A DNA stretch of 64,000 nt from Candidatus Pacebacteria bacterium RIFOXYA1_FULL_38_18 (GTDB lineage: Bacteria > Patescibacteriota > Microgenomatia > UBA1400 > PJMF01), in the NCBI GenBank assembly GCA_001787405.1, contig MFWV01000003.1:64790-128789 (forward strand), given 5' to 3'. The stretch's first letter is position 1; each line of letters starts with the position of its first letter. Under the pieces are notes generated by a model that saw nothing but the letters and a program-made list of their open reading frames with translations, did not search any database and was not told the origin of the DNA. Position numbers and translations under genes: made by a program. Positions 57,804 through 64,000 of this stretch are shown in pieces.

Positions 57804-59063
57804 TTAATTATCTTTATCCCAAGTACTCATTTCTTTTTGCGGTAGTTGTGATTGTTTCGGGCTAAATATCAAGACCAATAAACTAGCCATCAGCCCTATT
57901 CCGCCCATAAAACTGAAACTAAACTGTTCATGGAATCGACTGGCGAGTAAGCCAGCTAGTAGTGGACCAATGACAAAACCCAAACTATAAATTGAGTTGG
58001 AAAGACCGATGAGGTGTTGTTTGTGAATGCCCATTCTGCCACCCAAACCAGAAAAAATAGTTTCTGCCAAATTAAGAGCTAAAGAATTGAAAAAACCGAT
58101 AGTTAAACCAAGCAATAAAAGACCTAAACCTGGATTGATCAAGCCAAATAAGATTGTTGAAATAGTACCGATAGCCAAAAATATAGCACTAAATTTTTCT
58201 TTATGAACAGTGATGACTTTTTTCATCAAAAACATTTGAGCCAACATGGCTGGCATAATATAAGCGGGTAAGATTAAAAAAGAATAAGCAAAAGTAGCGT
58301 GTATTTTTTCACTCAAAACTGCGCCAATAGTCCAGAAAGAGGCATCAATTAAACTAAAAGCAAAAATTAAAGTAATAGCTGGCCAGGCTGGTTTAAACAA
58401 GGTTCTCCAATGAGCTAGTTCCAATCCAAGTTTGGGCGTGGTTTTGGGTGGCTCTGGGGTTGGTAGACCACTATGTTCTTTAAAGGGAAAAAGTAAGAAT
58501 AATAATTGAACACCCAATATCAGACCAAGCACTGCTCGCAATACCGGCCATTTTCCACCCAAAAGCAAAAAACTGGCTACGATCGGGCCGGTAATATAAG
58601 CAAAGCTTTTGCCAAAGAGTATGTTAGCCCAAGCTACGCTGTGATGAGAGGCTGGTACTTTGTTGGCAATAAAAGTTTTGCCAGAAAAAGCCAAAAATTC
58701 ATAATAAATACCCCAAAAACCCATGGCCAAAATAAAAAATGGCACAGTAGGCATAAACATGGTTATTATGAGAGTGAGCAAAAATAAAGTTTGAAATAAA
58801 ATACTCAGAGAAAATGATTTTTTGACGGTTAGTTTGGGTAATAATTGAGGAATTATCAAATCAGCAATAATGCCAATCATTGAGGAGGTAGCCATAATCA
58901 CACCCAATAAGGCGCTACTGTTAAAAGTATTCATAATGTGATTGGGCACAAAATATGACAACGAAGCATCCCCAAGAGCAATCAAAGTAATGAATAGAGA
59001 GACATGGAAAATTCGCTTGGCCAAAGGAGTTAATGGGGAATTAGTTTTGAAAAATTGAAACAT
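57804..59063 (-). CDS. MFS transporter
   Basis: 12 predicted TM helices with the typical MFS loop pattern. Confidence 0.6.
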   Translation of the reverse strand: MFQFFKTNSPLTPLAKRIFHVSLFITLIALGDASLSYFVPNHIMNTFNSSALLGVIMATSSMIGIIADLIIPQLLPKLTVKKSFSLSILFQTLFLLTLIITMFMPTVPFFILAMGFWGIYYEFLAFSGKTFIANKVPASHHSVAWANILFGKSFAYITGPIVASFLLLGGKWPVLRAVLGLILGVQLLFLLFPFKEHSGLPTPEPPKTTPKLGLELAHWRTLFKPAWPAITLIFAFSLIDASFWTIGAVLSEKIHATFAYSFLILPAYIMPAMLAQMFLMKKVITVHKEKFSAIFLAIGTISTILFGLINPGLGLLLLGLTIGFFNSLALNLAETIFSGLGGRMGIHKQHLIGLSNSIYSLGFVIGPLLAGLLASRFHEQFSFSFMGGIGLMASLLVLIFSPKQSQLPQKEMSTWDKDN

Positions 59064-59148
59064 AGTTTAAATTTTTAATACATTTATCTTCTCACAATTT
59101 AGTTATAGTTTGCAGGCTTGAAAAAGTCTGTTTTTCAAGAGAAAATGA

Positions 59149-60603
59149 ATGGGGATGAAAAAATCTACACAACAATGGTGGAAATTATTGATTTATTTGG
59201 CTGTTTTGGTAATTTTTTTGGGCTTGAGAACTTTTTCTTTACAAAAGAGCTTTTGGTTTTTTGGAGATTTGGGCAGAGACCTGTTTGTTTTACAGGATTG
59301 GGCAAACCACCCCTTTCATCCGCCTCTTTTGGGTCCTCAGACTAGTGTCGTAAGTTTCAATCAAACTGCTGGTTATTATTATTATTTATTTCCATTTTTT
59401 CTAATTAGTGGTCAGTCGGCTTATTCAACATTGATTGCTACCTTAGCACTCTATGTTGGATTAATCATTGGCGCTTTTGTTATTTTCAAAAACAAAAAAC
59501 ACTGGCAACCGGTTGCTGCCCTATTATTCTTAATCGCCATTCATCCTCAGTTTGTGATTCAACATCGTTATGTTTGGAATCCTTCGCTGGTTACTCCTTT
59601 TTTATTGATTGGTTTTTGGGGTTGGTGGAGATATCGAAGTCGGGCCGATTGGCGCTGGTTACTTCTGATGGCTTTTAGCTGGTTTGCTGCGACAGGACTT
59701 AATTTTTCGTTAACGCCTACGGTCTTGGTGATGATTTTATTGTTTTTTTGGGAACAGCGTAAAAATTGGCGAGTGATAGGTCAATTTATTTTATTGAGCA
59801 TTTTGGCAAATTTAATTATTCATGCTCCAACCATTATTTTTGAATTCCGTCATGATTTTTTATTGACGCGCAATTTGCCCACCCAAGAATTATTACAACA
59901 AGAAACTCTTTTTTCCAGAAAAGTTACGGAATTAATCTCACATGTGTTTTTGCCGGAAAGATCTATGCGTGGAGGAATGCAACTTAGTTGGGTAATAGCA
60001 GCAGTTTTTATTTTTTGCGTTTGGCGTTTTAAAGCTCTGCGTCACTCATGGGTGTTGATTCGCTCTTTGCAGATTGCGATATTGACGGCTCTATTAATGC
60101 TTTTAACTCCATTTCGCATGCACGAACATTATGTATTTGGCAGTTTGACATTTTTATTGGTAGCTTTGGCGCGTTTACCCAAACAAATCTTGTTCATAGT
60201 ACTCATTGGTTTGAGTATTTTATATCTTCGTCCTTTTTATTTTCAGTTTTACGCCAAACCAGCCCCTCATTTAATTGCAGAGCAAAAATCTTGCATCCAG
60301 CAGACTTGTGAAATAATTAAGCTCCATGGTTTGGAGCCGATTTTTGTAAATACTCACTCCTCTTCACACAATCATCAGGCGCGAGAATATATTTTTTGGT
60401 TGAAAAACTTTGGTTGTCAGGCAATTGACACTCAGCAATTCAATGCAACACCAACAAATTACATGGTAGTTGTTTCTGATAGGGCAGAGTTTGAAAATGG
60501 TAAAACTGGATATTATGAGCTGAGCCAATTTGGAGAAGCGGTGGAATTAGAACAAATCTCTTGCAAAGAAAATCTGAAAATTCATTTATTGAAAAAGCTC
60601 TAA
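59149..60603 (+). CDS. Polytopic membrane protein, GT-C (ArnT/PMT-like) glycosyltransferase candidate
   Basis: About 12 TM helices in the first 380 aa then a soluble C-terminal domain. Confidence 0.4.
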   Translation: MGMKKSTQQWWKLLIYLAVLVIFLGLRTFSLQKSFWFFGDLGRDLFVLQDWANHPFHPPLLGPQTSVVSFNQTAGYYYYLFPFFLISGQSAYSTLIATLALYVGLIIGAFVIFKNKKHWQPVAALLFLIAIHPQFVIQHRYVWNPSLVTPFLLIGFWGWWRYRSRADWRWLLLMAFSWFAATGLNFSLTPTVLVMILLFFWEQRKNWRVIGQFILLSILANLIIHAPTIIFEFRHDFLLTRNLPTQELLQQETLFSRKVTELISHVFLPERSMRGGMQLSWVIAAVFIFCVWRFKALRHSWVLIRSLQIAILTALLMLLTPFRMHEHYVFGSLTFLLVALARLPKQILFIVLIGLSILYLRPFYFQFYAKPAPHLIAEQKSCIQQTCEIIKLHGLEPIFVNTHSSSHNHQAREYIFWLKNFGCQAIDTQQFNATPTNYMVVVSDRAEFENGKTGYYELSQFGEAVELEQISCKENLKIHLLKKL

Positions 60604-60612
60604 TAATAAATT

Positions 60613-61701
60613 TTACAATCGTTCTTGGATGTATTGTTGTACCGCTTCCCAGGATTCACGCGGTTGAATAATGGAGGCACCGCCACTAGATGTGCCACTG
60701 GTGAGAACGTTATCGGTTGATAAATTGATCCGGACAATTTGATAATCACGGCTATTTTTGAGCACGGGCCACAAATATTCGGCTAGTTTGGCATCCAGAT
60801 CTGTTTGAGTGTGTTGGGCAAACTGAGCAAAGACTCTGGGAATATTTATCACTCCTTCCAGGGTAAATAATTTATCACGAATGGCAGTCAATACTTCTTG
60901 TTGACGTACTCCACGAGCAAAATCACCACCGGGATTGCCGTGACGTGAGCGCACATATTTGAGTGCATCACCGCCCTCCATGCGCACAATGCCGGCTGAA
61001 TAACTGATAGTCTCGAAACGACAAGGGAATTGTTTTTCCAGTTCAAAACCAGAATACTGCTCATGTGCCTTGGCAATTTCTTCTGGACTCAAGCCACATA
61101 AATTTAGTTCTTCGCCCTTGATGGGATACCAATCATCAGTCATGGTTTGAGCAACATGGACGTCAATCCCTCCCAGTTCCTGACCGATGATGCGTTGGAA
61201 ACCAACAAAATCCACGGCTATAAAGTAATCAATCGGTAGGTTGGTGACCACTTGTGCCATTTGTTTGGCAGTAGTGGCTTTTTTATCCTGATTTTGAAGA
61301 TCGGTGGCATAGGCAGCATTGATCTTGTTTTGAGTGCCATTGGGTAGTGACACCCAAAGATCACGCGGAATAGAGATTAAAGCTAGTTGGCTTTTTTCAA
61401 AATCTAGACTCATGATTTGAATAACATCAGACAAAGCTCCTCCAGAGTGACCGGCTCCGCCATAACCCAAAAGCAGAACATTCAGCACGCGCAGATCTTC
61501 GGCTTTTTCAGGTAAATTTTGAGCATCTTGTAACTGGGGAGCGGCCAAGTTTTGACTAGGGCGATTGATTAATTTGGAGCCAAGTAAATAAGTGACTAGG
61601 GTAGAGGAGACCAAGACACCCAAAACAATGCCCCACAACCATTTATTTTGAGCGAATAAATTTTGAAAACTCAGCAAAGTTTGACGAAAGGTCTCTTTCA
61701 T
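60613..61701 (-). CDS. LytR-CpsA-Psr (LCP) family cell-envelope phosphotransferase
   Basis: N-terminal TM; VLLLGYGGAGHSGGALSDVIQIMSLD...ISIPRDLWV matches the LCP core. Confidence 0.7.
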   Translation of the reverse strand: MKETFRQTLLSFQNLFAQNKWLWGIVLGVLVSSTLVTYLLGSKLINRPSQNLAAPQLQDAQNLPEKAEDLRVLNVLLLGYGGAGHSGGALSDVIQIMSLDFEKSQLALISIPRDLWVSLPNGTQNKINAAYATDLQNQDKKATTAKQMAQVVTNLPIDYFIAVDFVGFQRIIGQELGGIDVHVAQTMTDDWYPIKGEELNLCGLSPEEIAKAHEQYSGFELEKQFPCRFETISYSAGIVRMEGGDALKYVRSRHGNPGGDFARGVRQQEVLTAIRDKLFTLEGVINIPRVFAQFAQHTQTDLDAKLAEYLWPVLKNSRDYQIVRINLSTDNVLTSGTSSGGASIIQPRESWEAVQQYIQERL

Positions 61702-61905
61702 AAATTGATTAAAAACTGATTTAAAATGAGTCTATTTACCATAGCACATCAAGCACAAGAAGCGTTGATTGAATTACTCCCCTATCTTTACAGCTCAATT
61801 AGCAGACGAGTCATTACTCTGCTAATTTAAGTAAAAAGAGTTTATTTAATTAATTAAAAACGCAAGTAATTTTGTGATGAAATGGGTGCCACTGGGTTGG
61901 GATTT

Positions 61906-62544
61906 TTACGGGTTTTTGGGAAAAGGATTTAAAACTTTAGCCCAAATCAAGGAAAAAAACTCAAGAGAGGCCACAATCAAAGTCACTAAAGCCTTCCAAC
62001 TGACCTCTTGGAGGGCAATGTGAAAGAACAGGAGCCAAATCACCACATAAACCAAGGAATGAAGGGTGTTCCACTGTTTGCCCAGGTGCCTGACCGACCA
62101 ATCGTTGGAAGTGAAAAAAAGTGGGGTAAGCAGGGTAAAAGCAATCAGACCAAAGATCTCGAAAGGATTAAACAGCCAAGGATTACTACTACTGGCGATG
62201 AGGGGCAATAAACGCGACCAGCCCCAGTGAGTGAGAGCCAATAAATACATAGTGACACCCAATTGACGACGATAGAGCAGTAATAAAGTTCTAATAGGCA
62301 AGAGCCAGCCGACGATTTGAAAACGCTTCATCATGCCGGGTAAGAGGACGATCCAAAAAACAATCAAACTAATAGTAGCTGATTTTGTTCCCCACCAAAT
62401 CCACGAAGTGATAGACAGAAGTTGGGTAGACAAAGCCAAAAAAACCAACCAAGCAATCAATAATAAATGCCAAACCTTGACAATGATGATTTTTTTTTGG
62501 AGTAAAAACTGTTGCAGTGATTGAAACATGGATTTTTGAGTCAA
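61906..62544 (-). CDS. Membrane hypothetical protein
   Basis: 6 TM helices; no motif. Confidence 0.4.
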   Translation of the reverse strand: MTQKSMFQSLQQFLLQKKIIIVKVWHLLLIAWLVFLALSTQLLSITSWIWWGTKSATISLIVFWIVLLPGMMKRFQIVGWLLPIRTLLLLYRRQLGVTMYLLALTHWGWSRLLPLIASSSNPWLFNPFEIFGLIAFTLLTPLFFTSNDWSVRHLGKQWNTLHSLVYVVIWLLFFHIALQEVSWKALVTLIVASLEFFSLIWAKVLNPFPKNP

Positions 62545-62608
62545 TTAAAAACTTCAAGCTCTGATTGATATTTTTTCTAGCGACTCTCCCCTGTTGTTAT
62601 AACATAAA

Positions 62609-63862
62609 TTAAGCGTAAGCTTCCAGTTTTTCTGCGATTCTAGTTAGCTCGTTGTATTTAGCGGTTCGCTCTCCCCTACTGACTGATCCAGTTTTGATCC
62701 AGCCACAGCCCGTGCCGACGGCTAAATGGGCGATAGTGACGTCTTCGGTTTCGCCACTGCGGTGAGAAACTACATTTGACCAACCAGCTTCTTTGGCCAT
62801 TTTCATGGCTTGTAAAGTTTCACTCAGAGTACCGATTTGATTGAGTTTAACCAGCAAACTATTACAAGCTTGCTGCTTGATTGCTTGCTGAATACGAAGG
62901 GGATTGGTAACCAACAAATCATCGCCAACAATCTGTTGTTTATCTCCCAATTTAGCGGTCAATGCTTGCCAACCCAACCAATCATCTTCAGCCAACATAT
63001 CCTCCATCAGCTCCACTGGATATTGATCAGCCAACTCAGCGATCCAGTCAATCATGGCTTCGGTCGATAAACTTTGATTATCGCGTTTGAGCTCATATCG
63101 TTGAGTAGTGGCGTTATAAAATTCAGAGGCAGCTGCATCAAAACCCAAGGTGACATCAGTGCCGAATTGATAGCCGGCCAGTTTAACAGCTTGGGCAATC
63201 AGCTCGATTGCTTCTCGATTGGATTTTACGGCTGGAGCAAAACCACCTTCATTGCCCACATTGATTGAGTAGCCTTTTTCTTTGAGTACTGTTTGCAAAA
63301 ATGCAAAAACTTCTGAACCCAAACGCAAGCGATCTTTCCAACTCAAATGAGCCACAGGGATGATCATGAATTCTTGAATATCGGTGGCCCAGTCGCCATG
63401 TTTGCCACCATTCAAAATATTAAACATGGGTCTGGGTAAAATAAAGTTATCATTGTCAAATAATTGGCCAATATATTGATAGAGAGCCAAATTCATTGCC
63501 CGACTGCTAGCCCAAGCAAAAGCCAGTGAAACAGCCAAGATCGCATTGGCACCCAACTTGTTTTTATTGGCAGTACCATCAAGTTTAATCAGCAATTGAT
63601 CCAAACTAAATTGATCTAGATCCTGATTGAGAATGGCTTGCTTGATGTCGGTATTGATGTGATTGATGGCTTGACTAACACCTTTACCCAAATACGGCTG
63701 GCCTCCGTCTCTTAATTCTAGTGCTTCGTGTTTACCGGCTGAGGCTCCGCTGGGAACAGCGCTTCTGCCAATCACACCATTTTCCAGTGTGACCTCCGCT
63801 TCCACGGTAGGATCTCCACGAGAATCCAAAATTTGACGAGCAAAAACGTGAGTGATTTTCAT
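62609..63862 (-). CDS. eno: Enolase (phosphopyruvate hydratase)
   Basis: SHRSGETEDVTIAHLAVG signature and N-terminal ITHVFARQILDSRGDPTVEAEV; start refined to ATG 63862 (MKITHV). Confidence 0.9.
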   Translation of the reverse strand: MKITHVFARQILDSRGDPTVEAEVTLENGVIGRSAVPSGASAGKHEALELRDGGQPYLGKGVSQAINHINTDIKQAILNQDLDQFSLDQLLIKLDGTANKNKLGANAILAVSLAFAWASSRAMNLALYQYIGQLFDNDNFILPRPMFNILNGGKHGDWATDIQEFMIIPVAHLSWKDRLRLGSEVFAFLQTVLKEKGYSINVGNEGGFAPAVKSNREAIELIAQAVKLAGYQFGTDVTLGFDAAASEFYNATTQRYELKRDNQSLSTEAMIDWIAELADQYPVELMEDMLAEDDWLGWQALTAKLGDKQQIVGDDLLVTNPLRIQQAIKQQACNSLLVKLNQIGTLSETLQAMKMAKEAGWSNVVSHRSGETEDVTIAHLAVGTGCGWIKTGSVSRGERTAKYNELTRIAEKLEAYA

Positions 63863-64000
63863 AGGCAGTTTTCTATCTTTATCATAGCAGGATCTGATCT
63901 TTAGTGAAATTGTTTTAAAAACTGTTTTAAAAAAAGTGTGAGGTTTTTCACTCTTTTTCCCCCAGTAAGGCCTTACACTAGTCAAAGTGTTACAGAAAGC

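Noticed and set aside
59118-59345. ORF 59118..59345 (+) overlapping the start of the 59149 membrane gene
   Set aside because: Different frame from the long TM-rich ORF; the long ORF is the plausible gene.

Overview
This 64 kb window is AT-rich and gene-dense, with many short ORFs, small membrane proteins and minimal housekeeping genes. That is consistent with a reduced-genome (CPR/Patescibacteria-like) bacterium, but it is inference only. Housekeeping genes recognised from motifs: rmlC, M29 aminopeptidase, map, rpoD, mgtE, DEAD-box helicase, IMPDH/GMP reductase family, archaeal-type UMP kinase, topoisomerase IB, S1C protease, ZIP transporter with a divergent Fur-family regulator, MFS transporter, LCP protein, eno, plus tRNA-Asn(GTT) and tRNA-Arg(CCG). 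The main accessory feature is an island beginning at the 3' end of tRNA-Asn (about 12.4 to about 30 kb). It carries a large serine recombinase that overlaps the tRNA 3' end, phage-like regulatory genes, and a tightly coupled minus-strand operon: signal-peptidase-I-like polytopic protein, small HTH, Type III Mod, Type III Res, and a 1003-aa fusion of a PHP phosphoesterase domain to a coiled-coil ABC/SMC-type ATPase. This last gene is the strongest candidate for an undescribed defence component. Other points: a GC-rich 5' block (positions 117-1600) with a strong promoter, a 430-nt untranslated leader and a Pro/Thr-repeat secreted protein; a five-gene minus-strand locus of Ser/Thr-rich secreted proteins with WxL-like and dockerin-like features; a P-loop kinase and HAD phosphatase pair; and a perfect palindrome between the ZIP transporter and its Fur-family regulator. 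All functional calls rest on motifs read by eye; no database searches were possible.
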